Positions 36,396 through 49,638 of a DNA stretch of 64,000 bases are shown piece by piece. The notes beneath the pieces were generated by a model that saw only the letters and a list, made by a program, of their open reading frames with translations, was not told the DNA's origin and made no database searches. Within the stretch, counting starts at the first letter, position 1. Each line of letters starts with the position of its first letter. This stretch comes from Podarcis bocagei (taxonomy: Eukaryota). The position numbers and the translations under genes are program-made. The stretch lies in the NCBI GenBank assembly GCA_964188305.1, contig OZ076903.1; one strand, written 5' to 3'.

Positions 36396-36962
36396 CTCAC
36401 AGCTGCTCAATAAAAGGCAGCTATTTCCAAGGATTGTAAGCCCAAGATCACAAAGTTTGTGGAAATGGTGAATTGTCTCCTGGCTCAGTTAAAAAAAAAA
36501 AAAAAGTTGCTGCCTCAGAAAAGGTGGTCTTGAAAGTTAGTGACTTTCCCACTCAATGAAGGAATGTCCTCTAGGCCATCTCCTCCTGATGAGGCTTCCT
36601 CCAGATCCTAGACCCAGGGGAACATGGGACCATTAGCCCTTTGCCCCCACCATAGTTTTGGTCTGGGTTGGTGCCCCCCCCCCGCTTACTCTTCACTTTG
36701 GAAACAAACAAACAACTGCAAGTTTTGTGAATGGCACTGTGTCTAGTTCGGCTGCAAGCACAAACAGATTCACAGCTTGCCTGTAATGCCAAGGAGAGAG
36801 ACCTGTAGCTCAGGGACAGGCAACCTGCTTTGTGTGCAGAAGGCCTCAGAAATTCCAGAGAAAAGGAGGAGGTTGCTGCTGCTGCTGCTCCTGGGAAGGA
36901 AACCCAACTAGCAGGTGCTCCTCAGGAGCTCTGGCAGAAGAGATCATTTGGGTTAGATAGAT

Positions 36963-37098
36963 CTGGGTTTCCCAAACTTGGGTCTCCAGCTGTTGTTGGA
37001 CTACAACTTCCATCACCCTTAGCTAGCAGGACCAGTGCTCAGGGATCATGAGAATTGTGATCCAAAAACAGCTGGAGATCCAAGTTTGGGAAACCCTG
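36963..37098. mobile_element. Palindromic hAT-like MITE
   Basis: TIR ctgggtttcccaaacttgg / ccaagtttgggaaaccctg; ggttagat on both flanks. Confidence 0.8.
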
Positions 37099-37469
37099 GG
37101 TTAGATTATTCTGTTTCCACCAAGAATCACCCAAAATGGAAAATAACAATAATTTGAACATCAGTTTCAACAACTCTCAGGGCAAAGGCAGGGGCTGGAG
37201 CCTTTCCTGGGAGTGGGTTTCCATTTCTTGGCGCACGTTCTAACCCATCTGCAGTTTCCAGATGTGGGTTCATAATCTAATCCTGCCACCAGATGTTTTT
37301 GTTTAAAGGAGCAGGGAACCTTTGATCTTGCGACCTCAAGCAGAAAACCAGCTCCCCCCTCCCAAGAAGTGGCAAACAGCGCAAAGCAGAGGCGGCTGAA
37401 TTCCATGGGGTGCTCCCCCCACCCAGAATGCCCTGGGCTAGCTTTTCCTCCAAGAAACTGAACTGTTAC

Positions 37470-37571
37470 TGCCGGTCCCCAGGGCTGCTGTGCACCAGGT
37501 GGATATGCGTAGGGTGGGGCCCGCATCGGCTGGGCCATCTGCTGGGGGGTCGTGCGCTCACCATCCAGGGC
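37470..37571 (-). CDS. FLNA: FLNA hinge-1 exon (~ex32), 102 nt
   Basis: ALDGERTTPQQMAQPMRAPPYAYPPGAQQPWGPA resembles the P/Q-rich FLNA hinge 1; ccacag| acceptor; donor GCA|gtaaca gives the required phase 0 (donor position less certain). Confidence 0.8.
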
Positions 37572-39647
37572 CTGTGGCGGGAATGGGGCAAGAGTGTTAG
37601 AACGGACCAGTGGAGAGGCCGGCTCAGGGCCAGGACACCCCTGCCGTGCTTCCATTTCAGAACTTAAAACCACAGGAACAGGGGAAACAGCCCAGTGGCC
37701 CTTTCTGGCAAGCATGCTGCCATCATGTCATCCCATAACCATCATCTCCCTGGGACAAGTTTTTACTTTGCAAAAACAGTAAAAAAAAAATTAAAAGAAA
37801 AAACCTTCTGTGCTCGGTCATTATTGCACAAAACAATCCTTCTCTCAGATACTAGCTCTTTGCCAGAGGATAGTATCCCACACATATCTCCCACAGCAAT
37901 ATGGCAACATAGGGCACCTATGATTGTTTTGAGAATTATTTGCTTCAGAAAGGGCTTGAATCTGGCATCCACACACACCCCCTCACCCAAAGTAGTAAAC
38001 AATCAATGGAGCTAAGAACTTGCTTTTCTAAGGAAACCCAAGCTTAGACATTCAGAAAGTCTAACTGTGCTATAACCCAGGAAAAAGGTGATTGGGAGTG
38101 ACAGCGCCCCTGTGAGCCACCACCCAAAAATAATGTCCACAATCATAGAAGCCACACACTCTGGTGCAAAGTATTTCAAGTTTGCATGTAGCTGAAGTAT
38201 TGTATGACCAGGCCTGCGCAAGGAAACCAATTCTGTTTGCCAACGCAAAATAATGATCTCATTGCCTGAAACGCACATGTTGCAACGTGGTGCCAATTTA
38301 TGTCTAGAGCAGAGAGACAGCCCAAAAATGTGGCCTGTGGGCTGAGAATGGGGTTTCTCCTTTTGCACACAAAAAGCACAGGAAACTGCAATGCTAAAAA
38401 GTCTTCTGGCTATTTTATGGGATGGTCACACACACCTTATAGCTCTCAGGGATAGAGCTGGAGGTGTGTGGGGAGAGAATACCCTGCTGAATGAATTATG
38501 ATCTGGATTTTCTATCATAGCCATTCTATTCCCTAGGGAGGGATTGTGCCATTTTAAGAAGCCTGCATGAAGTGGATGCAAATAAATGACTAGAAGAGTT
38601 AAGATAGACAGGACTTATTTTATTCTGCAGAGACACTTTGTATGGGGCGGGGCGGGGCAGGAGAACTCAAGAAAAATCTGGGTAATAAGGTAGGTGCTAG
38701 CATATTTGCAAAGCTAAGCAGGGTCCGGTATGGTTTCCAATTGGATGGGGAACCTTGATCCTGCATTGCAGGGGGTTGGACTAGATGACCCTTGGGGTCC
38801 CTTCCAACTCTGAAATTCTGTAATTCATGGGTATAAGCTACTACTGTGATGTAGTACTGAATTAACAGCAGAACTAGGGGAAAAGAACACACAACACACA
38901 CTCAGAGCCTCAGGGAGAAAATGTTCAGGGCCAGTCCTGGTTGAGATCCTAGGCAATTTTTTCTGGGACTCAGCTAGGTCTATTGAACTCAGTAAATTTC
39001 CAAGTGAAGATGCCCAGCACTGACTGCAAGTGCTATAAAAATGTTAAGGATGAAATGGAGGTGGAGAAGAAAAATATTAACGGGTTTTTGTTGCTGGTGA
39101 TGCTTTTAACAGAGTTAAAGCAGAAGTTCAGTTGTGCAAGAAATCTGTGCTCAAGTGGAGAGACTCCAGTTTCTTGGCTATGAGGTGGGGTAAGAGAGGA
39201 AGAGGAAGAAATCAGGTTCAAAAATGCTTTCCACTGAGTCAAAACTTCCCTGGTGGAGGGACATTTGCTTGCTTGTTTCTAACACACACAAGACAATACC
39301 CATAAAGAAAAAAGGGACACTGTCCCTTCCCAACCGCTTCCTCCCTTCCTCCGCTTTCTGTGACTGAGCCAGAGGGTTCCTTTTGCATTGGAACCTGGAA
39401 AGAGTGAGTAATGCATTAAACAGGAAGGCTGGGTCTACAAAAGCCAACCAATGAGTCACATGTTACAGCAGGACAAGTTTTGTGTGTGTGTGTGCGTGCG
39501 CGCGCGTGTAACATTTGTGTGCAAGTTCCTAGCTCACATTTTTTTAAAAAAACCACAAAACACATTTTTTTTCATCTTTCACATCGATGCAATTTGAATG
39601 TAACAGATTTGATGCTGGGATCCAGATAAACATATTGTGCAGAATAA

Positions 39648-40097
39648 GGGCTTATCCACACTTACTTTCCCTCCACTTTTTCTAGGCATGGTGTCCAAGC
39701 ACTTTCTTTTTGCTCACGACTTTTCCCCACGGAAACCCACTCTTTAAACAGAGGCAGGTTTAGGGGAGCCCAACCAATTTGGCTGCCCTGGGCATGAAGC
39801 CTTGGGAGCACAACTATTACCCAGAATGAAAGAGGCAAGAGGTGGGGTGTGCGTCAAATTTTGGTGTTGCACAGGGTGACGCTGAAATTTGGGACCCCAA
39901 GGTCTGCCACTGCTTTAAAGCTCAATTGGAGCAAACGGCAATCTGCAGGAAACCCAAATCGACCTTTGCTATGATTGAGCACTAAAGAGCAGGTTTTTGT
40001 GGAGAAAGCTCCAGGGCAAGGAGAGAGAAAAACACTCTGACATACGAGTTTTTAAGCACGCTTATGCCTGGAGGAAAAAGTAAGTGTGGATAAGCTC
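39648..40097. mobile_element. PIF/Harbinger-like MITE with a nested element at 39749-39912
   Basis: TIR gggcttatccacacttacttt / aaagtaagtgtggataagctc, flanked by taa / tca; the nested piece has TIR cagaggcag / ctgccactg and ctttaaa duplicated on both sides. Confidence 0.7.
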
Positions 40098-41674
40098 TCA
40101 GTCAGTAGAATTTGCACCATTTTAAGGAACCCTATTTTTTTCAAAAGTAGTAGTACAGAAAAAGATGATTAGATGGAGGGGTACACTAAAATCACATGCT
40201 GCTGTACACTTACACCGGGTTCTACCCCGCATTGTGGGTGCCCAGCGCGTTACACGCATGTCATCACACGGCCTGAGGGGGCTGATGGGGCCCAATGAGC
40301 CCTCCTGCGGCTGCAACAAGCCCCATTGTGCCTCAGCGCACCATGAAATGTCATGCGTGCGCTGCGTTGGGGTGCCCCCCCAGCCGCCCAGTGAACATTT
40401 TGTGGGTGCCTCGGCACCCAGGTCCCCCCAGAAATGGCCCCTATGCTGCAGTACAGGCAGGAAGTGTACATGGAGAAGCCTTCAAAAATGCCTGCAGATG
40501 AGAATTCTGCTACTTCTGAGTAATGATCCCTTTTACTTGATCTCCTCACCACACAAATAAGAGCAGAGGGAGCAAATATAGATTGTTTTTACCATCAAGG
40601 GGTGTATAAATTTTATGAAATAAGATAAACCAACAATCTATACATCAGGGCAGCACAGCTTTTTCTGCCACCCAATGCACATGTATCCTCCATAGGCGTG
40701 AGCAGGGGGCTGCCCACTTGATTATTCCTAAGCAAACTGAGGCGTCTGCTCCTGCAAAGAGTGCCTAAAGGCAAGAAACAGAGCAAGTCCTACCCAGAAG
40801 TTACCATCTCCCCACCCCTCAAAAAGCAGCAGGTTATAAAACTGGACATACCAATGATCTGTTTAAAATAATGTGTCTAGCCCCCAAGACTGCAATGTGG
40901 CAAAATCTGAGGTTGAGGTGGAGTTTTCAGCAGCTTTTGTATAAGACAGCTGGGAGCATTCTGTATGCTATGCTGCACTGCACAGAACTCCTCCCTCTGC
41001 CTGTACTCTTATGACACCCTCTGTTTTGGGGGCACGGGGGAACAACCACTATATTTCTAATCTGATCATGGATGCAATTTCTTCTTAAAAAACCCAACAA
41101 CCCCAATTAGTCTGAACAGAGCCTCCTTTCTGCAGGATTTTGGATTTTTGCCATTGAGAACATGCAACCCTAGAGCAAACAACCAGAGCCCAGAATGTAT
41201 AATTCTCAGATCTAGAATACACATGAGCTTTTTTTTTGAGAAGGGGACTCACCTCCCACTTCCCATGTATGTATGTATGTTCATTCGTGTTAACCAGCTC
41301 AGATGTAGCCCAGGGCTTAGATCTGAACTCAGTGCCAGGAGGACTGTTCCATCTAACATGTCACAAGTTTTGGGACAGACACACAAGAAGTATCCAAAAC
41401 AAAGACCGAGCTCCTTTGCTAATACGGCCCCCGCTCTTTCAGGTAAAATCATCTCACCACCGCAGTTCTGGGCTTCTAAGTCAATATGGCAGGAAGTTCC
41501 ATTATCACTCATTTAAAGGAGGCAGAACTACCGCAGGACAAGACTTGACCTTGCACACATGTATGAGCCTTCCAACATCAGCACCGTGCTAGCCAGAACT
41601 GCATTAGGCACTAAGCCCTTTGCTGAGCCAGACACCTCTGGCCACTTACTGCCCCTGGTCACCCCAAGACTCAC

Positions 41675-41922
41675 CGTAACCTGGAAAGGACTGTTGGGAA
41701 TGTGCTCTCCTCCAAAGCGCACACAGATGACATATTTGCCTGGCTGGGGCGCCGTGTAGAAGATGTCAAAGGTGCCGTCCTCATTTTCCACCACATCCAC
41801 GTCCACCTCTGTGCCATCAGGAGTGCATACTGTGCAAGTCACCTTGCCCTTCCCGGCAGCCTTGGCATCCACCGTGATCACCGTCTCCTCACCAATTTGG
41901 ATGGTGGGCCCAATGCCGGCTC
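41675..41922 (-). CDS. FLNA: FLNA exon (~ex31), 248 nt
   Basis: [36 protein letters not shown]...[13 protein letters not shown]; tgccag|...|gtgagt. Confidence 0.94.
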
Positions 41923-43799
41923 CTGGCAGAAGGGAAAGCCAGTGAGGAATGGAGAACTGGAGTCCAATTCCCAACTCCTTCCCATCATGCAACATGGGTC
42001 TCCCTAAGCTCCCAGCCTCTTATACCAGCTGACATGGCCTCATGGGGACTTTGAGACAGAGGGCAGGTTGACCAAATTGTGGGGGGACCAATATTGCACA
42101 GATGAATCAAGCCATTGTAGGTCAAAACAGAGCAACTTACCAATGGACTATATTCACCCATTCAGTTGCAGGTACAAGTGGTCAATTTTATTGTATAAAG
42201 CCAAAGGCTTTTACAATGGATGACAGAGAAAGAAAGGAAACTTTGCAAGTAAGAAAACACAGGCTGGAACACTAGGGCCAGGTCACACTTGCTGGTGGAC
42301 CCCACGCAAGCTCTTTCCAGGAATACTTGCATTCACATGAGAGGCCTGCATTTGCAGACACCACAATTTGCTCAAAATGATGGCTGTTCCAGGCAATACC
42401 AAAGCCTGGTCAGCAGTTAAGTTTTCGGCAGGACAATGTTTAGAACTCAGCCAAGTGTTACCCACCCACCCACCACTATCTACCAGAGACTCTTCTCCAA
42501 TGCACCTCAGTGGCTCACTCCCATTTTCACATGTGCTCATGCAAGGGAGAGGTGGTTGAGGTGCAGAAGAGAGGCTGTCAGAGCCCCCCATGCCAATTGT
42601 GTTGAGGTGGGGGTTAAAAAACCCTTCCAGCTTGCACAGGAGGCTGGGAGCTGGATCAGACCCAACTTTTGCCATCTGACACCAAGCCCCCAAGGAAACA
42701 GTCAGATAACATCACATTTTTTAAAAAGGACTAAAGCAAGATGGAGTTAAGGCAACTAAAGCCATGATTGGATCCCAGCAGCAGAAGCATTGGTTGTTCA
42801 TAAAGCAAGGGATGTTACAGCTTTGGGTGACTAGGGGTCGGCGAATGCCAAGGAAATGCTTGTTCTCACTGAAGAACGAACCCTATGCAATCATAGCACA
42901 AGAGGAGATTTTGAGCCACAGACTTTCAAACTAGCTTAAAGGGTTAACCTGAGGCAGCCAACATGGTGCCCTCGAGCTCCCATCCTACCTGACCAATGGC
43001 CACAGAAACTGGAGCCAATGGGAGTTTGCCCAACAAGATCTGGAAGGCACCACAATGGGTTAATCCTTCTTACAGAGAGGGCTCTGGCTTAAAGAGATTT
43101 CCAAAAGCAACAACACTGTTAACAGAGAAGCTGCTGTAAATATCATGGTTGTGTTCTCCCCCATCACATCAACATCAAGCTGAATCGAGATTTCTATTGT
43201 TGGCTTAGGTTCCTATTGTAAAATGGCAAATCATGATCAGAGCTACACACACAGTAATAAAAAGTGGGCCCCTAATGCTGGTTATGAGAGTGTGTTTTTG
43301 GGAATGAGTGCTGGGAAGGGGAAATGTTTAGATTTATGTCCAGCCAAATTTGACTCCTAAGCCCTCTGGATAGCAAAGACAAGCCGAGGACTACCAGTTT
43401 GCCTGTCAAGCTGCATGGAGGATGCAAGTGAGGGGGGGGGGGAGAGATGAGATAGTACATGTTTAGGCACCAGGCAAAATCATTCCTCCTTACCCAGGCT
43501 TATGGCTATGGCCCACAGCCTGGAAAAATGTGGAGGGGAAAGACTGTTATTATGATGACTATTTTATTATTAGGCTGTCTGCCAGTATGCTTTTTATTAT
43601 GTTTTTATCACTGATGTTCTGTAATGTGTCATTAATAAAGGACAGTATGTAAACTGAATAAATAATGTTTCTTCACTGTGGTCTCGGGCTTTATCTGCAG
43701 CTTATGACTCCTCTAATCTACTTAGGAAGACCATGAGGTGTTATTTCCCCCTTACACTTGGGGTGTGGAACCTAGCTTTCCTGAAGATGGCAACCACTT

Positions 43800-44165
43800 A
43801 ACAGTTGCCCTGGTCTGAAGCTGCTGCCAGGAATTCACCCCGATGGCCTTTCCAGTGGGGGCACCTAGGCTGTGGAATGCCCTCTCCAAAAAGACTCGCC
43901 TGGCACCTGCACTGATCTTTTGGATTTAGGAAAAGACATTTCAATGCTCCCAGGGCCTTTGCATTTAAAAGAAGTGTTGCTGCTCTGTTGCTTTTGCTTT
44001 GGTTTAATGACATTTTCATCCCCCAAAAAGTTTTTGATTTGAGTTTCTACTGAAATGAGGCTGCATTTTAATGTTTTTTATACTTGATGCTAGCCACCCT
44101 CTTGGCTGGGGAGGGCAGGGTATAAATAATAATAATAAATAATAATAAATAATAAAAATAATAAT
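43800..44165 (+). mobile_element. Old LINE (L2/CR1-clade) 3' fragment ending in an (AAT)n tail
   Basis: ggcacctaggctgtggaatgccct...gggcagggtataaat(aat)n; family assignment by pattern memory only. Confidence 0.45.
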
Positions 44166-45698
44166 ACTTTATTCTGTAGTTGTTTTAGATTTTTATGTGT
44201 TACAGTTTTAGCCTCTTATTCTTGCGAACTGCTCAGAGTTTTCAAGCTATAGAAATGTGGCAAACAAAATCCGTTCACGTGCCTGATACAGACCCCTGAA
44301 GCACACTTCTTGTGGAAAGCCAAGACAACGTCAACAGGACTCCCACAAACCTAGGTGGCCACCTGAGCCACCGCAATGCTTGCAACATGCCTGCCTGTAG
44401 ACAGAAGCCTTCCCCAGAGTTAAGAAACATGCATGTACCTGATCCATTTCCTGATTCACAAGCTCATGCCCCTCATTAGGCAAGCACAGCAGGAGATGGA
44501 AGATGGAGAGGGAGGCAAAGGGTAGGAGAAGACTATTTGGGGAGGCAGGGAGGGTGGAGAGAAGGGGGGGAAGGGGGAAATGTACCATGACAGCCATAAT
44601 CCAACCCACCACTAACATTCAGATCCACCTCCTTGCTTCCTATCAATGGCTAGGGTTGGAGAAAATGCAAGGCTTCCAGCTCCCCCTCTCCCTCCCCAAA
44701 AGTTGCCTCTTTTCTGCCTCTGAAGCAGAGGCTTAGTTCACAGCAATCCTATCCTGCTGGAAGAAGCAAAAAGTGAATATGTTCCAGCAGGGGCAAACTA
44801 GTGGCTCATCTCTGCAAGTAAAAAACTGAAAAATGAAAAAGAAAGGAAGGACCCTGTTTTGACCCCTAGCATCTTTGCTTCAAGGAACAGCTTCTCTAGC
44901 AAAAGGCCTCTGCCTGGGACCCTGAAGAGCCACTACTGATTTCAATAGTCCATAATGGGTTAAGACAAAGTACGGGCCCCAACTGCCTTCACGTGCGCTA
45001 CCTGTGAAGCTGGCATTCCCTTATGCTGGCACAAGTCCTGTCATTCAAACTCATCACATGTTTGCTGAAAGTGGAACAGGTATCAAAGGGAGCTACTGAA
45101 AACAGTTCTTGTTTAGCAGCAAGCGCAGAGGAGATAAAGCCCAAAACAAACAACAACTAAAGCAGGGCTGTGTCCCTTCAGATATAGGGACTACAATTCT
45201 CATCATCCCTGACCACTGGGCCATGCTGGCTATGCCTGGGAGGAGGTGCAGCACTGCAAGTGCCACAGCCCCCCCCCCCCCGGAATCCCTGAACTAGAAG
45301 CTTTAACTGACCAATCAGTGGCACTGCACTTTAAGCGACCACCTGATCATTTTGGTCCTGGCAAGGTTTTAACAGACCAAGGAATACATATGATTCTTTT
45401 ATAGCCTAACCAGGGAAATGGCAGCTTTTATCCAGGTTCTGTGAAGTTATATATTAGCAACTGACCCAGTTTTCAGCAGAGACCTGCTTTGAGAACAAGA
45501 GGTCCCTTCCAGATGGAATATTCCAACCAGCCCTTTGGGCAGGGAAGCCTGACTGCCCTCTCCTCTCTGACCTGGGGCAGAGGTGGAGCCCAATGCCAGT
45601 GTGAGACCATGCAGCGGAAAAGGAAGCAGCGAGAGCAGGCAGGCAGGCAGGCAGGCATACTTGGGGTGGGGGAAGGAAGCCATCAGCAAGCTGCTTAC

Positions 45699-45722
45699 CT
45701 AGCCCATGACCTCCAATCGACA
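45699..45722 (-). CDS. FLNA: FLNA 24-nt alternatively spliced microexon (~ex30, VSIGGHGL)
   Basis: cctcag|TGTCGATTGGAGGTCATGGGCTAG|gtaagc; long pyrimidine tract; phase 1-1; matches the 8-aa optional insert of mammalian FLNA. Confidence 0.9.
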   Translation of the reverse strand, partial: CRLEVMG

Positions 45723-45981
45723 CTGAGGTGAAAGGGCAAAGAGCAAGGGTAATCAGAGTGAGACAAGAATCACACGGAACAGTGCACAATTAAAATAAAA
45801 CACAGGAGAACATAGGCAATGTGGCATTTCCCTCCCCATGGTGGGTGAGCGGTGTGGCCGGATGTGCCCGGCAAAAAGCAGTCGATGTGGTGGGAGGGCG
45901 TGGCATTATTTTAGCGTGGCTCGCCCCACCCTCCAGCAGCCCTCACCCCCCGTAAGACCCTCACCTGGGAGGAGCGCTCAC

Positions 45982-46171
45982 CTGTGACGGTGCACTTGCT
46001 GGCGTCGCCAGTGGGCAGGGCCCGGATGCGGTACGGCGAGTAGGGGATCTCATCCCCACCGTACTTGATGAGGATAGTGTACCGGCCGGTCATGTCTGGG
46101 ACATACGACACAGTGTAGGTGCCATCTTGATTGTCACGGATGGTGGCTTTCTTGGGCTTGCCCTCAGGATC
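45982..46171 (-). CDS. FLNA: FLNA exon (~ex29), 190 nt
   Basis: [63 protein letters not shown]; ggccag|...|gtgagc. Confidence 0.93.
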
Positions 46172-47017
46172 CTGGCCACGGCACAGCCCAGGAAGGGGGG
46201 GTTAGAAGGAAGGCAAGCATTTCAAGTTAAGAAGCGGCAACTGCAGCAGCCATTCTAAACCTAGGTCCCTGCCCCAAAGTTGTTATGGTCATGAGAATCT
46301 GACAGGAATTTGTATGAGTGAAAACCCACTTGAACCCTGTATGGCACAAGAAGACAGCCACCACAAGCATTTCTTGCTGTTACATAGGAAAGCACTGAAA
46401 GGACATTTTATGTTTAAAAGGGGTGGGGGGCTGAGCAAGGCATGAACAAACTGGGATTACCAAGGAGGAGTTGTTATGCTTGTTATGCTTTAGATGCAAG
46501 CTCAGCTTAAGGCTTGCCACCACTATAGACCTCTGGTTCAAAATGAGTACTGAAATCTACTGTCTTTCTGCAGTGGGATACTCAGGAGTCAAGAGACTCT
46601 CACCAAGTGCAGAGTTGGTGGCCCTTCTAAGTATAGGATGAGAAGGGTAGCTTGAGTCAAGGGCAGAAAGCTCTAGACAATGAACAAGGCAGCGTTTTCT
46701 GCCATTTGGGAATGTTATCAAAGCTCCCACCCTCTGAGTACAAGACAGCAAGTATGACTATGCAACCATGGGGCTTATAGAAATCAGTGAGGATGTTGCC
46801 ACAAGGCAGTGCCACCACGTGACTGAATGAAGGAGCTCACAGTCCACCTGACTGCAGCTTATGTGTACCTTCAGACTTGTCCCAGTCTTTTCCACATCAT
46901 CTCCCATTGATTTCTCCCCCAAGTATCTACCGTGGAACCGGCCCCTCTGCCCTGAAGGCCTTCTCACAGCAACCCCCAACCTGCATTCATCTCCCCTTCG
47001 GACATTGTTCCACTTAC

Positions 47018-47174
47018 GGTGATCTGGACGGCCAGCAAGCCCTCTCCAGCATCCTTGGCATCAATTGTGAACTCCACAGGCAGGCTGGCTGGCACACCTG
47101 TTGTGTTCAGCCCTGGGCCACTAGCCTTTACCTTGCTGGCATCGTGTGTGGGAAGAACCTTAACCTTGAATGGA
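47018..47174 (-). CDS. FLNA: FLNA exon (~ex28), 157 nt
   Basis: [52 protein letters not shown]; tcacag|...|gtaagt. Confidence 0.93.
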
Positions 47175-47911
47175 CTGTGAGCATATAAAAGAGGGAGGGA
47201 GAGAAGTGCCTCTGTTAATGTTAGGCCACTGACAGAAATGGCCACACCCCCATCCCTCAATTCCAGGGTGCACAGGTGTTCCCCCACAGGATCATTAAGG
47301 GTCACTCATCTTTCTCTTACACAAAATAAAGGCATTATATGCCAATCTGAGGCCACTGCAGCCTGATGGAATCCTCTACCAATGAGAAGTTCCCACTGAC
47401 AGGACAGCACGTTCAGCAGAAACAACTGGTAAGTGTAAGACACTGTATACTGGGCTCAGTGTTCCAGGAAAAGCTTTCAAGTCTTGTGCCAGTTTTTGCT
47501 CTAACACAATTTGCCAGTCGACAGCAAGAGACAAAAAGATCTGTGGCATAAGGTTTTGCTTCCAACACTGATTACATGGGAGTCTTTAATAGATTTGCAG
47601 AGGCCCTCTCTCAAACAACTTGCCCAATGTGTTCAATGAAACTTTAAAAACATTATCCTGAGAGGTAAGTCCCCAAGCCTCAGATTCTCAAGTGCTGGGT
47701 TTACAAACACTCTGGATTTCCAGTAAATGGTGAAATCATCTGAAGCTTTGGAAACATCAAAAAGCAGCCATTGCTATTAGAGTCTCTGCCTTGGCTCAGA
47801 GGGGCTAGAAGCTTCCTTATGAATGTCAGTGTACCAAGCTTCTGTCCTAAGGAGGCTTCTGAGTCTCACTGTCTTCCCTCTGGCCTACAGCGGCCAACCC
47901 ACAACCCATAC

Positions 47912-48035
47912 CTGCGGGGCACCTCCTCATCTCCATAGTGCACAGCAATGCTGTATGGGCCTTCCCGGCTTGGCACGTAGCTCGCGGTCTGAGTCCCGTC
48001 AGCATTGTCCACCACATCTACAGGCTCCACCACTC
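47912..48035 (-). CDS. FLNA: FLNA exon (~ex27), 124 nt (not in ORF track)
   Basis: [40 protein letters not shown]; tgcag|...|gtatgg. Confidence 0.92.
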
Positions 48036-48117
48036 CTGCAGGAAGAGTTCAACAGGTGAGAGAAGGGCCAAGCCCCAGGAAGGCACTACTGGTCTAGTCA
48101 AGCCGAGATTCGCTTAC

Positions 48118-48288
48118 CTTTAGGGCCCTGAACTTTGACCTGGAGGGGTGCCACACCTGCCTTGCTGGTGTCAACCGTGAAGGACTGGGGGACATTGGCT
48201 CTGACAACACCTGGAGTCAGGCCAGGGCCTGAACATTTAACTTTAGATGAATCTATCACATCATGCACAGGCACTTTGAAGGGGCTCC
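48118..48288 (-). CDS. FLNA: FLNA exon (~ex26), 171 nt
   Basis: [56 protein letters not shown]; catag|...|gtaagc. Confidence 0.93.
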
Positions 48289-49477
48289 CTATGAAGAGAG
48301 AGAGAAGGGGATGAAAAAAGTTGGATTTGAGCCCAGAAACCACTTCAGGGTTTCAAGTAAAGCACACACTCCTTACATCAAATGCAGTTTTAAAAGAAGT
48401 CTCTTGCTTTTGAGTCCCGCCCACGCTTGTGTTTCAGGAGGCCAACTTTCCTAACCAGCAAGTCCTATTTGCAATCCAATTGCCTGTCTCTTTGATCTTC
48501 CAGGGGACTCAAGTGAAGCATACAATCATAAAACCATAGAATTGTAGAGCTGGAAGGGCCACAAGCGGCATGACCAATGCTCAGCAATGATGGGAGTTGG
48601 GGAGTCACAGGTCCCCCACCCCTATGCCCTACGGTCCGCAGCCTTTGATCCCACACTACACCATTACATCATCCTGCTTGCCCAGCCCACTCCTGCCTTG
48701 CTGGAGATTGCTCAGAGGAGAGCTGACAAAGTGCACCAAGAACGCAAAACAGAGATGGATATGAACTTGTTTTGCAGAATATTTAGGCCAAGGAACCTTG
48801 GGCAGCTTGAAATCTTGCTTTCATTATTTAGGTACCAGGAGAGCATAATGGGACTATATGCCTCTCTTTTGGCTAGAAAGGCAGCCTAAATTCCCACCAG
48901 TGCCCTGCCCAGAACACAGAAAACACCAAAGTGGTGAAAAATCAAGAGCAACAATGGAGCCAAGGAGAGAGCAATCTTTTCCGGTCAGTGGGCCAGATCC
49001 TTTGGTCACCCAGACCTTGTCAGCCATTTTGGCAGGTGCGCAGGGCCACCCAGGTGTCAATCACCTGATGTTACCATGGCAGCTGGCAATGTGTTTCCTT
49101 TGCCCAGGCAGTGCAAAATCAAAGCACTTGGCCAAAGGCACAAAACATTGCAATCCCCAACAGCAATTCAGTCAAATCCCACTTTAGGCAGGAAGCCACA
49201 TCTTTACCTGCCTCACACCAAATGCTATATGATGGCAGGTGGGCAGGACTCAGGGAAAACTATTGTGGGCCAAATTAGGACTCCTGCCAGGCCTCACTAG
49301 GACCATGGGCCAGAGGCTCCTGACTGCTGGAGTAGCCTCCCTCTCCTGGGCCATGTATGCCAAGAGCAACAGAAGATACCTATGCATCAAGAACCACCAT
49401 CACCAACCTATAAATCAGTTGTCCATGCCACTTCCTGCCTACCACTGCCACACACACATCCCAGCCCCAATCGGTAC

Positions 49478-49638
49478 CTGGAACTTGGTGGCCACCATAA
49501 GTGACGTTGAGGTTGTAGGTGCCAGGTTCATAGGGAATGTATTCCACAGAACAGCTGCCATCTTTGTTGTCAGTGCATGACATCTTTGCTTCAGAGGGAC
49601 CTTCAACAGCTAGACCCAGTCCACCAGAACCAGCACCC
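49478..49638 (-). CDS. FLNA: FLNA exon (~ex25), 161 nt
   Basis: [53 protein letters not shown]; ctacag|...|gtaccg. Confidence 0.93.

Noticed and set aside
40213-40445. GC-rich segment ending in GGT|gtaagt on the minus strand, considered as an extra hinge-region exon
   Set aside because: From either acceptor it gives a stop or ends in phase 1 within a phase-0 intron; the composition resembles GC-rich MITE interiors.
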